DNA of 64,000 nucleotides from Halodesulfurarchaeum sp. (GTDB lineage Archaea; Halobacteriota; Halobacteria; Halobacteriales; Halobacteriaceae). The stretch lies in assembly GCA_034520565.1 (NCBI GenBank), contig JAXHNL010000001.1:64001-128000 (forward strand). The letters are read 5' to 3'. Every line of letters starts with the position of its first letter. The stretch's first letter is position 1. The notes beneath the pieces are model-generated. The model did no database searches and was not told the DNA's origin. It saw nothing but the letters and a program-made list of their open reading frames with translations. Positions 39,308 to 48,789 of this stretch are shown piece after piece. A program made the translations under genes and the position numbers.

Positions 39308-41235
39308 CCGGCGAACAGGGCAGCACGGGTGCGGGAGACCAACCCGAGCGGACGGTACACGCGATCAGTCGGAACGTTTCCTCGACGTGGGAGTTGGGCG
39401 GACACCTCCGCGATCGACTCGACGAACTCGCGTATCTGCTGTTCGGGCGGCACGTCGACTCCAGCCGGCACGCTGAGGATCGGGCCCGCTTTTCGGGACT
39501 CGATTTCGAAATCCCGTTCGAAACCCTCCTGATCAGACAGTACGTTCTCTCGTGGGTCCTCGCCCTCGCCGTCGGGGGCTGGGCGGCAGTGGACCTCCAC
39601 GCCGAAATCCAGTCACAGTGGAGTCATGTCCCCACTCCAGCGTTCCTTGCCAGTCCGCCGCCAAATTGGTGGCTCGTCCTCGTGGCGCTGACGGTGGGTG
39701 GGGCCGTCGGTCTCGGAGCGAAATACCTGTTCGGACGACTCGTCAGTGGCACACTCGGCTATCTCGAACGACGGCGTCGAGTCCGAATCGAGCAGACCCT
39801 CCCCGGTGCGGTGAGATACCTCCACGTCGCCTCGGCTGGAACGACCGACCCGCGCCAACTGCTCGAACGCGTGGCCAAGCGAAAGCGGGTTCACGGTGCC
39901 ACTGCCGAGACGTTTGAAACGGCTTGCAAGCGCCAGACACTGGCCGGCAGCATGGAATCCGCGATTAGGCAGGTCGCACGGGACACGCCAGCCAGGGACA
40001 CGCTCGCGCCGTTTCTCCTGACCTTCATCGAGCGTCGTCGGGAAGGAAGCCCGGCCCTCCGGGAGTTTCTGGCCGACGAGAGCCGAGTGCTTGCCGTCGA
40101 AGACGAGCGCCGGCACCGGCAGACCGGAACCTACCTCCGGGCCGTCGTGGGCCTGTTCGTCCTCTTGCTCGTGGGGCCGGTCGTCCTGGGACTGGGTCTT
40201 GCCGGCGGCCTGATCCTGTTTCCCGGAGTCGCCGGCCCGAAATCGGCGTTACAGGTTCCCGAGGTGACCGAAACGATCACCGCGATCGGTGCCGGTGGGA
40301 TCCTCCTGTTGGGTGCCGGAGCGGCGCTGTTCGCGTTCCTTCTCCGGCCGAGCGGACTCCGCTGGGCTGGCCCACCACCGGCTCAGAGCCTCCGGGAGGC
40401 GCTTCGAACCAGCACCACAAACCCGACAAACGCGCTTTTGGTACTGCTCCCGATCGGCATCGCGATTCTGAGCGGAGGAATCTGGGCCGGCATGGAGTAT
40501 CAAACGGCGCTACTCGCTGCCTACGTGGTGGTGGGAGTTCCAGCGGGGCTCGTCGACGTCCGACGGGCGAGGCGTCGGAACCGCCTCGACCGGGCGCTCC
40601 CGAAGTTCGTTCACAGCCTCGCCGAACGGCTCGAACGCGGCCGTCCCCTTCGCAACGCTGTCGCAGAAATCGCCCGAGAGGAAACATACGGGTCACTCGA
40701 CGGTCCGGTTCGAAAGCTCGCGGCCGATCTACAACTGATACAGGATCCGTCTGGCGGACGTAAACGCGCTCTCGAGCGGTTCGTCGGTCGAATTGGCACC
40801 CCCTTTGCGGGGCGGACGATCGGAATTGCGGTCGGTGCCATCGAGGCCGGGGCCGCCGCCCAATCGGCCGTCGCCCATCTGCAGACCGAAACCGGTCGGC
40901 TCGTTCACGCGGACCGGGCCCGCCGAAGTCGTTTTCCAGTGGTACTGCTCGTGGGGTGGACCGTCGCGCTTCTGATCGTCGCCATCGTAATCGTGGTGAA
41001 CCTGATGGTTCTCGAAACGGCCACGCCGACCGGCCCCATCGCTGGGGTGGCGATCGAGCCTCTCGAGGGCGTCACCCGTGAGCGCCCGCTCTTTTATGCA
41101 CTCACCCAGGCCACCATGCTCGCAAGCGGCTGGTTTGCCGGTCTCACTGGTCGTGGCGTCTACGAGGCGCTCCTCCATTCGGGGGTGTTGCTCGCGATCA
41201 CCTGGACCGGATTCCGGCTCGCGGGCCTGGGCTAA
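39304..41235 (+). CDS. PilC/TadC-like membrane platform
   Basis: ATGA overlap; IEQTLPGAVRYL, VARDTPARDTLAPFLLTF, LPKFVH, FYALTQATMLASGWFAG. Confidence 0.85.
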   Translation: MTGEQGSTGAGDQPERTVHAISRNVSSTWELGGHLRDRLDELAYLLFGRHVDSSRHAEDRARFSGLDFEIPFETLLIRQYVLSWVLALAVGGWAAVDLHAEIQSQWSHVPTPAFLASPPPNWWLVLVALTVGGAVGLGAKYLFGRLVSGTLGYLERRRRVRIEQTLPGAVRYLHVASAGTTDPRQLLERVAKRKRVHGATAETFETACKRQTLAGSMESAIRQVARDTPARDTLAPFLLTFIERRREGSPALREFLADESRVLAVEDERRHRQTGTYLRAVVGLFVLLLVGPVVLGLGLAGGLILFPGVAGPKSALQVPEVTETITAIGAGGILLLGAGAALFAFLLRPSGLRWAGPPPAQSLREALRTSTTNPTNALLVLLPIGIAILSGGIWAGMEYQTALLAAYVVVGVPAGLVDVRRARRRNRLDRALPKFVHSLAERLERGRPLRNAVAEIAREETYGSLDGPVRKLAADLQLIQDPSGGRKRALERFVGRIGTPFAGRTIGIAVGAIEAGAAAQSAVAHLQTETGRLVHADRARRSRFPVVLLVGWTVALLIVAIVIVVNLMVLETATPTGPIAGVAIEPLEGVTRERPLFYALTQATMLASGWFAGLTGRGVYEALLHSGVLLAITWTGFRLAGLG

Positions 41236-41762
41236 TCTTCCGGGGCCGTCGCCCCGAACCCCCACTCCTCGGCCCGCTTTCGAGCCTCCATGGCAGCCCG
41301 CTGCTGAATCGCCTCGATCTTCTCTTCATCGGCGAGAAAAGCCTCGACGGCATCCAGTTCGGTGCCGGACGCTGCGGGTTTCTCGGGAGTCGCGAGTTCA
41401 CGCGTCCGGCGGGCCAGTTCCGCATCACCGAGAACCTCTTCGGCAGGGACGGCCGGTGAGAGATCGCCGTTGCGGATTTCCGTCCGATCGGCCGTTTCGA
41501 CAAGCCGGGCACGATAGGGGCCCGTCTCGGCGATATCCGCGACTGCAGCCGAATCAGTGTGCCCCGTTGCCGTGTGCGTGGCCCCGACCGGCACCCCGCC
41601 GTCGAACCACAGCACGCAGTGACCCGCCTCGTCTCCCAGTAATCCGGCCTGCGGGACGATTTCCCCGTATCCCCGAAGTTCGGTCTCCAGTGCCTCCCGC
41701 AGGGGGGTTTCGAGGGTCATGACGACGCGGTCGAATCGCGTCTGGCCCTCGGGCCGGCTCAT
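41232..41762 (-). CDS. Hypothetical protein coupled to minD
   Basis: 4-nt overlap with minD; LDAVEAFLADEEKIEAIQ..ARKRAEEWG. Confidence 0.75.
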   Translation of the reverse strand: MSRPEGQTRFDRVVMTLETPLREALETELRGYGEIVPQAGLLGDEAGHCVLWFDGGVPVGATHTATGHTDSAAVADIAETGPYRARLVETADRTEIRNGDLSPAVPAEEVLGDAELARRTRELATPEKPAASGTELDAVEAFLADEEKIEAIQQRAAMEARKRAEEWGFGATAPED

Positions 41763-42532
41763 GGCGAATCCGGAATGACCGCGTTCCGGAACCGGTCGGC
41801 GACGCCGTCGGCCGGGGACGGTCTGACGTCGAGATTTGCAGCGACCGAGGTAAAGGCCTGTCCGGCCGAGCTATCGGGCGCATGCGCCAAAAGCGGGGTG
41901 CCTGCTTTGCGCGCCTCGCGAGCCGCCTCGTCCATCGGTACCGAGCCGAGGACCGGACCTACGAGGTACTCCCCGGCTCGATCGGCGATCCGGGTGACTG
42001 ACTCGGGATCGTGTACTTTGTTGAAAAGCAGGCCGGCAACGCCAGTCCCGTAGGCGGTGGCGTACTCCTGGACTTTCAGGCCGTCGGTGATCGCCGGAAT
42101 CGTGGGCTGAACCACCAGCACGATCCGATCCGCGATGACGATCGGCAGGACGGCATCCCGGCTCCCCAGGGTCGCCGGCGAGTCGAGCAGGAGGACGTCA
42201 GTCCGTGCGGCCAGATCGGCGATGACCGACTGAAGTCGGCTCGGGTCGGCGTCCCGGAAGGCGTCGAGGCTGGTCCCACACGGAACGATATCCATCCCGT
42301 AGCGGTGGTAGACTGCCTCCGAGACGGGGACTGTAGCGCCCTCCCGAAGCAGGTCGTGTAGCGTCACCGGGACGTCTTCAAGACCGGCGTGAAAGAGGAG
42401 ATTTGCCATCCCGGTGTCGGTGTCGATTACGGTGACGTCGTGCTGTTCGGCCAGGCCCATCCCGAGGGCCAGCGTTGCGGTCGTCTTGCCGGTACCGCCC
42501 TTTCCCGAGGCGACCGCGAGGACTTCTACCAT
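41759..42532 (-). CDS. minD: MinD/ParA-family ATPase
   Basis: MVEVLAVASGKGGTGKTT deviant Walker A, DTDTGMANL, LLDSPA. Confidence 0.92.
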   Translation of the reverse strand: MVEVLAVASGKGGTGKTTATLALGMGLAEQHDVTVIDTDTGMANLLFHAGLEDVPVTLHDLLREGATVPVSEAVYHRYGMDIVPCGTSLDAFRDADPSRLQSVIADLAARTDVLLLDSPATLGSRDAVLPIVIADRIVLVVQPTIPAITDGLKVQEYATAYGTGVAGLLFNKVHDPESVTRIADRAGEYLVGPVLGSVPMDEAAREARKAGTPLLAHAPDSSAGQAFTSVAANLDVRPSPADGVADRFRNAVIPDSP

Positions 42533-42756
42533 CGCGGCCTCCCCGATCGGGCACAGCTGCGTGATCGGCGTCGAGTTCGCGTTCCGGACACAAATCCACA
42601 GGCGGCCCCGTCCTTGATTTATGTTACGAGCCGCGGGGACGTGCTGACACGATACTAACAACTCTTCCCGGTTTCCTCCACACAACGACCGGTGAAAACC
42701 GGCCAGGCACTCATACAGAGCGTGCAATTATGATGGGTGGGGCCGAAAAGAGACGT

Positions 42757-43512
42757 ATGAATCGCTCCGATCCGGCCACCTTCGAGCGGACCGGCGACGT
42801 CGATCTCGATCGACCGACGCTGATCGAGGGATTGCCGGGCCACGGGCTCGTAGCTTCGATCGCAGTCGACCAGATCTCCGAGCAGCTCGGCCTCGACCTG
42901 TACGGAACCCTCTATGACGAAACGTTCCCGCAGGTCGTCACCTTCGAGGAGGGAATGGCGCGGGACCCGGTACGCGTGTACGCGGCCCGCGACCCGTCCA
43001 TCCTTACTCTGCAGAGTGACCTTGCGATCCCGTATCCTGCCTTTCGACCCCTCGCAAAGGGGTTGTTCGGGGCGGTCGAGGCGTTCGAGCAGGCGATCTT
43101 TCTGGCCGGCGCACCGGCCCAGTCCGAGTCCCAGCGCGGGGAAGTGATGGGCGTGGCGACGACCTCGGAGATGCGGGACCAACTCGAGGCGGCGGGAATC
43201 GAACTCGCGGCCGATCCGGGGGTGATCGGGGGCGTTACGGGTGCGCTCGCCCAGGCCTGCCATCACGAGTCGATCCCGACGGCAGTCCTCATTGTGAAGT
43301 CCCACCCGTACCTGCCGGACCCGGGGGCCGCCCAGGAGTTGATCGAGAGCGCCCTCGAGCCGCTGGTCGATTTCGATATCGACACGACCGAACTCGAACA
43401 GCAAGCCGCCGAGATCCAGGAGCGGATGCACCAGATCGCCGAGCAGTACGAACAGATGATCGAAAGCGAGCGGCCCTACCCCGATTCCGGCATGCCGGGC
43501 ATGTACCAGTAA
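42757..43512 (+). CDS. Proteasome assembly chaperone (PAC2 family)
   Basis: LIEGLPGHGLVASIA, PVRVY, GGVTGAL, PDPGAA, C-terminal MYQ. Confidence 0.88.
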   Translation: MNRSDPATFERTGDVDLDRPTLIEGLPGHGLVASIAVDQISEQLGLDLYGTLYDETFPQVVTFEEGMARDPVRVYAARDPSILTLQSDLAIPYPAFRPLAKGLFGAVEAFEQAIFLAGAPAQSESQRGEVMGVATTSEMRDQLEAAGIELAADPGVIGGVTGALAQACHHESIPTAVLIVKSHPYLPDPGAAQELIESALEPLVDFDIDTTELEQQAAEIQERMHQIAEQYEQMIESERPYPDSGMPGMYQ

Positions 43513-43598
43513 GTGTCGCGAGAACGTCCCGGCGGCCGCCGGGATCTCGCGGACGCCGAACCGTCACGACTTTTGCCTAGGGCCACGAATTCCGCGAC

Positions 43599-43796
43599 AT
43601 GGATACCGTCACCCCGCCCACGCCCGGGCACTTCGCACCGGAAATGACGGCCTTTGGCTGGATGATGGCCGCCGGAATCGCGCTGGTCCTCATGCCGCTC
43701 TGGCCACTGCTGGCGATCATGTGGATCGTCGGTAAACAGGGCGACCGAGGCAAAGAAAAGGGGACCAAACACCCCGACGACGAGATCCCGATCTGA
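43599..43796 (+). CDS. Small membrane protein
   Basis: TVTPP..EMTAFGW followed by hydrophobic LVLMPLWPLLAIMW. Confidence 0.65.
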   Translation: MDTVTPPTPGHFAPEMTAFGWMMAAGIALVLMPLWPLLAIMWIVGKQGDRGKEKGTKHPDDEIPI

Positions 43797-43894
43797 AAGC
43801 TGGACGAAACGAACTGACCGGCCGGCTTCCCGAGACGATCGCCTGTTTCGTTCGGTCCGAAACGATATCCACGAGACACACCCACTACTGACCA

Positions 43895-44653
43895 ATGGAC
43901 GCGCTTGGCTGGATCCTTCTCACCACGTTTCTGATCAGTTTGCTCGCGTGGATCGGGATTCTGACGCTTTTCCTGACCGAGGAGCTGCTGGATCGGATCC
44001 TCCTCGTGCTCGTTGCACTCGCGGCCGGGGCGCTCATTGGGAGCGCCTTTCTTCACCTGCTCCCGCGGGCCATCCAGGAGTACGGGGCCGACAATACGAT
44101 CCCGATGTTCCTGTATCTGATCGCCGGGTTCTGCCTGTTTTACGTCCTCGAACAGTTCATCCACTGGCACCATCACCACGGCGCGACCCACGACAGGGAC
44201 GCTGTCTCCTACCTGGTACTCATCTCGGATACGGTCCACAACTTCATCGACGGTCTGGTCATCGCCGGCTCCTTCCTGGTCGGCGTGGACGTCGGACTCG
44301 TGACCGCGGCGGCCATCGCGCTTCACGAAATTCCCCAGGAGATCGGCGACTTCGGCGTGCTTGTCTACGGCGGATTCGAGCGCTTCCCGGCACTCGTGCT
44401 CAACTACCTCACCCAGGCGACGGTCATCCTCGGCGGCATCGTCGGGTACGGGTTCGCGAGCGTGATCGGTGGGACCCCGACCTTCCTCCTGCCCTTCGCG
44501 GCCGGGACCTTCATCTACATCGCGAGTTCGGACCTGATTCCCGAGATCAAACACGAGACGGACCATCGCAAGGCCGCCGTCTACTTCGGGGTCTTCCTCT
44601 CCGGTATTCTGCTCATGTACGGAATCAAGGTGCTCCGTCACGCATTCGCGTAG
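43895..44653 (+). CDS. ZIP-family metal transporter
   Basis: AFLHLLP, HWHHHH loop, HNFIDG, HEIPQEIGDF. Confidence 0.95.
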   Translation: MDALGWILLTTFLISLLAWIGILTLFLTEELLDRILLVLVALAAGALIGSAFLHLLPRAIQEYGADNTIPMFLYLIAGFCLFYVLEQFIHWHHHHGATHDRDAVSYLVLISDTVHNFIDGLVIAGSFLVGVDVGLVTAAAIALHEIPQEIGDFGVLVYGGFERFPALVLNYLTQATVILGGIVGYGFASVIGGTPTFLLPFAAGTFIYIASSDLIPEIKHETDHRKAAVYFGVFLSGILLMYGIKVLRHAFA

Positions 44654-44732
44654 ACCAGTGTCACCGGGGGAGAATCGCCGGGGGAGGTAGATTCATCCGG
44701 CCGGGACTGCAAATTTATGTGAGGAATTAACA

Positions 44733-45155
44733 ATGCCAGTACGACACGCGGATGCGACCTGGGAAGGAGACCTGCGCGACGGAAACGGTTCGATGGCACT
44801 CGGAAGCGGGGCGTTCGAGGGGGCGTACTCCTTCGCATCGCGGTTCGAAGACGGCACTGGAACCAACCCGGAGGAGCTGATCGGAGCCGCACACGCGGGC
44901 TGTTTCTCGATGGCGCTGGCGAACGAACTCGCGGAAGCGGGCTATGATCCCCAGCAAATCGACACCGAAGCCGCCGTCAATCTGAACGCCGACTCACTCG
45001 AGATCGACCACGTCGAATTGACCCTCGAGGCACGGATTGCCGACATCGACGAGGAGACGTTCCACGAGTTCGCGAACGGAGCGAAGGAGAACTGTCCGGT
45101 TTCGAAGGCTCTCGCCGGCGTCGAAATCACGCTTTCGGCGACACTGGTGGACTGA
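44733..45155 (+). CDS. osmC: OsmC-family peroxiredoxin
   Basis: YSFASRF, TNPEELIGAAHAGCFSMAL, CPVSKAL. Confidence 0.93.
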   Translation: MPVRHADATWEGDLRDGNGSMALGSGAFEGAYSFASRFEDGTGTNPEELIGAAHAGCFSMALANELAEAGYDPQQIDTEAAVNLNADSLEIDHVELTLEARIADIDEETFHEFANGAKENCPVSKALAGVEITLSATLVD

Positions 45156-45194
45156 GCCCGAACCGTTTTTGCCCGGGGTCGCGTGGGCTCGACA

Positions 45195-45545
45195 ATGCCC
45201 GGCATCGTCTTCTTCGGCAGTGCGGACCGCGAGGACACAGTGGCGTTTTACACGGAGCGAGTCGGGGCCGAAGTGTGGCTCGAACAGTCCGGGTGTACGA
45301 TCCTCCAGTACGACACCCTGCTGTTCGGGTTCTGCGACCGGGATGGGGCGGAGACGGAGGGGGTGCTAACCTTCGTCACCGACACCCGCGATGGCGTGGA
45401 CGCGTTTTACGACACGTTTGCGGATCGTGCCCGGAGCAAGCCTAGAGTGAACGACGAGTACGACATCTACCAGTTCTTCGCCGAGGACCCGGAGGGCCGG
45501 ACGATCGAGTTCCAGACGTTTCTCCACGAGACCGATCCGGTGTAA
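45195..45545 (+). CDS. VOC/glyoxalase-family protein
   Basis: VAFYTERVG, FFAEDPEGRTIEFQ. Confidence 0.85.
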   Translation: MPGIVFFGSADREDTVAFYTERVGAEVWLEQSGCTILQYDTLLFGFCDRDGAETEGVLTFVTDTRDGVDAFYDTFADRARSKPRVNDEYDIYQFFAEDPEGRTIEFQTFLHETDPV

Positions 45546-45850
45546 AACGGCAAGTGACAGTTCCTCGTTGGCTCATCGGTAGGGTCGTCAGCGTGACGCC
45601 GCTTGCTCCCCCCATACCTTCGTCGAAGCGTCCGGGATCGAAACGCTCATCGAGGGGCTCAACGGTAGCAAGCGCTGATATCGTTCGAATAACCCAGAGT
45701 TGTGGACGTTTTTCCGAAATTCATCGGTCCACCGCCGACTGTTGTTATGACTGTTGAAGAGTGCGGAATGGGCACAGTTTCTACGACCCTGTGCCACGGA
45801 GGTGGCGAACGGCCACAGTATTATCTCGGTTGCGTCCCTATGGAGCAGGG

Positions 45851-46144
45851 ATGACAGACGCGGAAACCGATCGCATGACCCTCGCAGACGGTGGAGACCG
45901 ACGCGAGGACGTGGTTGCTGAATCGCTTCCGGAGTGCCACCGTCGCGGTTGCAGCGAGCGAGCGACGTTCGTCGCCCTCGAGCGATATCAGGAAGAAACC
46001 GGGCACGGGGCCGTCGAGGCGGAGGCCAAGCTCTGTCAAGAACATGCCAGAGAAGAGAGTCCCGCGAATCTCGATGGCAGTTACCCGGAGTACGTGTTTC
46101 GAGTGGAGCCGCTCCAGGCGGCCGTGGACAGCGACGTCACGTAA
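45851..46144 (+). CDS. Hypothetical protein with C-x4-C / C-x2-H putative metal site
   Basis: ADGG motif, CHRRGC, LCQEH; acidic. Confidence 0.65.
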   Translation: MTDAETDRMTLADGGDRREDVVAESLPECHRRGCSERATFVALERYQEETGHGAVEAEAKLCQEHAREESPANLDGSYPEYVFRVEPLQAAVDSDVT

Positions 46145-46246
46145 TCGATCGGATGGAGTCCGATTCTGGCCACGGAACAGATCGATCGACGAGCGGTTCT
46201 TGACCGGCCCACACGGCTATGGGGATACGGACCGTAGTGGGGAACG

Positions 46247-46489
46247 ATGCCTGAAGAAGTCCTATTCAAGATCGAGGAACGACGATCGAGAACGAAGATC
46301 GCAGCCGTGCTACGCGACGCAGCCGAGCAGATCGAATCCGGGACCGTGCAGTTACGGGGTGAAACAGCAACACGAGACGTTACCATTCCAGAAAATCCTC
46401 GATTCGAAGTCGAACTCGAACGGCTCACCGATTCGGAAACCGGCGAACAGCGGTACGAACTCGAGTACGAGATCAGGTGGACCGAGTGA
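46247..46489 (+). CDS. Amphi-Trp domain protein
   Basis: MPEEVLFK..IAAVLRDAAEQI..FEVELER..ELEYEIRW. Confidence 0.85.
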   Translation: MPEEVLFKIEERRSRTKIAAVLRDAAEQIESGTVQLRGETATRDVTIPENPRFEVELERLTDSETGEQRYELEYEIRWTE

Positions 46490-46641
46490 GACGCCACTCC
46501 CGGCAAGTTCCACCCACTCAACAGCCCGGTTCGGGTGTTCTGACTGCTTACTTCGTTCGCAGGCACGCAGCTCGCGGCTCACTCGTTTCATTCGTTCACC
46601 GCTCGCACAAAATCGAGACCGCACTACGTTCGGTCTCGCAG

Positions 46642-46958
46642 TCCGCTTCCCGATTTGAACGCCGGTAGACAGTCTGCTCGCTACGCTGCGCGAACTGTAA
46701 CTACCGAGCTCGAATCGGGAAGGCGGATTTGCGGAGCAAATCCAACCGAGCCGATTTAGAGTCGACTGGGAATCGGCTTGAAAGAAAATCCGCCCTCCCC
46801 GATTTGAAGCGCACGAGACGGTCCGGGCGTGCGCCCCTTCGGGCCGTTCCGGGCTGCGCCTCGCTGATTCAAATCGTGTCGAGGAATGTACTTCACGCTC
46901 ACCGCTCTCACTTCGTTCGAGGGTTCGCGCAGAAGTAATCCGCCCTCCCCGATTTGAA
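46642..46958. repeat. Direct and inverted copies of the tRNA-Tyr 3' end with intervening hairpins
   Basis: AATCCGCCCTCCCCGATTTGAA exact at 46787 and 46937; degenerate copy at 46642; inverted copy 46710-46727; TTCAAATCG at 46868. Confidence 0.9.
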
Positions 46959-47012
46959 CGGGGGGCAAGCCGATCTACAGTCGGCTGCTCTACCAGGCTG
47001 AGCTAAGGGCGG
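46939..47012 (-). tRNA. tRNA-Tyr(GTA)
   Basis: CCGCCCTTAGCTCAGCCTGGTAGAGCAGCCGACTGTAGATCGGCTTGCCCCCCGTTCAAATCGGGGAGGGCGGA; no intron. Confidence 0.96.
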
Positions 47013-47277
47013 TTGCACTCGAACGTAGCGCTCCATCCGAATTTAAGGATTGTCATTCCATCGGACCAGACCAGCACACCCAAAACGAGCTTCCTGGTCG
47101 TCAGGTTCGAACGCGTGTACACAATCGGTTCGCTCACTCTCGGACCGCGCGCCGACTGCATCAGTAGTGGCTTTCGAACCGCATCCGTATCGCGGGATTT
47201 GCCGAAAGTTGTCCGTTAGCCTTGGTTCACCATCCCAATGTTGGCCCAATTGTTTACGCGACGTGTTACATTCGCCG

Positions 47278-47413
47278 TTAATTATATATGGTAGGGGGGT
47301 GTCGGTCAAGCTACGTAAGACGCGGGTCTTACAGACCGGCAATCGTCGGCGAAGACCCACGTAACCCGTCGGGGACGTCGGGGATCCGTCTTACGGGAAC
47401 GGGGAATACAAAC
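47278..47413 (+). promoter_or_regulatory. cdrS-ftsZ2 promoter and putative structured leader
   Basis: TTAATTATATAT box at ~47278-47289; perfect inverted repeat GTAAGAC-GCGG-GTCTTAC at 47315-47332; further GTCTTAC near 47387. Confidence 0.6.
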
Positions 47414-47587
47414 ATGGAGCGTGTGACACTCCGAATACCGGAACAGCAGATCGAGGCCGTCGAGCGGATGGTCGAGACGGGGAAATACCCCAATCGCAGC
47501 GAAGCCATCCGATCGGCGGTTCGCGAGATGCTCGAGGAGAACAGGGGAGAACAAACGAACAGTCCGCGGAACTACGTGAAGGTGTAA
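47414..47587 (+). CDS. cdrS: Ribbon-helix-helix regulator CdrS
   Basis: [25 protein letters not shown], immediately upstream of ftsZ2. Confidence 0.92.
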   Translation: MERVTLRIPEQQIEAVERMVETGKYPNRSEAIRSAVREMLEENRGEQTNSPRNYVKV

Positions 47588-47589
47588 CA

Positions 47590-48759
47590 ATGCAAGATAT
47601 CGTTCAAGACGCCCTTGACAACGCAGAAGAGGAAGCGAGGGAAATGCCGGAAACGGACGGCGACGACGCGGCCGAATTCGGGGATCCGCGGATCGTCATC
47701 GTCGGGGCCGGCGGCGCGGGGAACAACACGGTCAACCGACTGTACAACATCGGTGTCGACGGCGCCGACACGGTCGCCGTCAACACGGACAAACAGCACC
47801 TGAAGATGGTCGAGGCCGACACCAAGATCCTGGTGGGCAAGTCGCTCACGAACGGCCTCGGCGCCGGTGGCGACCCCAACATGGGCGAGCGCGCGACCGA
47901 GATGGCCCAGGGGACGATCAAGGAGGTCCTCGGTGACGCCGACCTCGTCTTCGTCACCGCCGGCATGGGTGGCGGGACCGGTACCGGGGCCGCCCCGGTC
48001 ATCTCGCAGATCGCCAAAGAGCAGGGTGCGATCGTCGTGGGGATGGTTTCGACGCCGTTCAACGTCGAGCGCGCCCGGACCGTGAAGGCCGAAGAGGGCC
48101 TCGAGCGCCTCCGCAACGAGGCCGACTCGATCATCGTCCTCGACAACAACCGACTGCTGGATTACGTCCCGAACCTGCCCATCGGAAAGGCCTTCTCGGT
48201 GATGGACCAGATCATCGCCGAAACGGTCAAGGGCATCTCCGAGACGATTACCCAGCCCTCGCTGATCAACCTCGACTACGCGGACATGACCGCCATCATG
48301 AACCAGGGCGGCGTGGCCGTCATGCTCGTCGGGGAGACCCAGGACAAGAACAAGACCCAGGAAGTCGTCAAGGACGCGATGAACCACCCGCTCCTGGACG
48401 TCGATTACCGCGGCGCCTCCGGTGGCCTCGTCCACATCACCGGTGGCCCCGACCTCACGCTCAAAGAGGCCGAGGGCATCGCAGACAACATCACCGAACG
48501 CCTGGACGCGTCCGCGAACGTCATCTGGGGCGCGCGGATTCAGGAGAATTACAAGGGCAAGGTCCGCGTGATGGCCATCATGACCGGCGTGCAGAGCGCC
48601 CAGGTCCTCGGGCCGTCCACGCAAGAGCAAGCCGACCGCTCCCGGGCGGAGATCGAGAACCCCAGCAGCGCCGAGAGCGGCTCGCAGGCCTTCGGTGCCC
48701 ACTCCGACGGGGGCCAGAACGAACTCGAACAGGAGAACGGACTCGACGTCATCCGGTGA
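47590..48759 (+). CDS. ftsZ2: Cell division protein FtsZ2
   Basis: [28 protein letters not shown]; cdrS-linked. Confidence 0.97.
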   Translation: MQDIVQDALDNAEEEAREMPETDGDDAAEFGDPRIVIVGAGGAGNNTVNRLYNIGVDGADTVAVNTDKQHLKMVEADTKILVGKSLTNGLGAGGDPNMGERATEMAQGTIKEVLGDADLVFVTAGMGGGTGTGAAPVISQIAKEQGAIVVGMVSTPFNVERARTVKAEEGLERLRNEADSIIVLDNNRLLDYVPNLPIGKAFSVMDQIIAETVKGISETITQPSLINLDYADMTAIMNQGGVAVMLVGETQDKNKTQEVVKDAMNHPLLDVDYRGASGGLVHITGGPDLTLKEAEGIADNITERLDASANVIWGARIQENYKGKVRVMAIMTGVQSAQVLGPSTQEQADRSRAEIENPSSAESGSQAFGAHSDGGQNELEQENGLDVIR

Positions 48760-48789
48760 AATGGAAGTCGGTCGAGTTATCTGACTATT

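Noticed and set aside
45546-45850. Short ORFs in the gap after the VOC gene
   Set aside because: Non-acidic, no motifs; I cannot support a gene or ncRNA
46642-46958. tRNA-end repeats as CRISPR or as extra tRNA genes
   Set aside because: The repeat is the tRNA 3' end, the gaps are about 130 bp, and the extra copies lack D and anticodon arms
43599-47012. Intact provirus or integrative element at tRNA-Tyr
   Set aside because: No integrase, replication or virion genes, and no distal att copy seen beyond 46642
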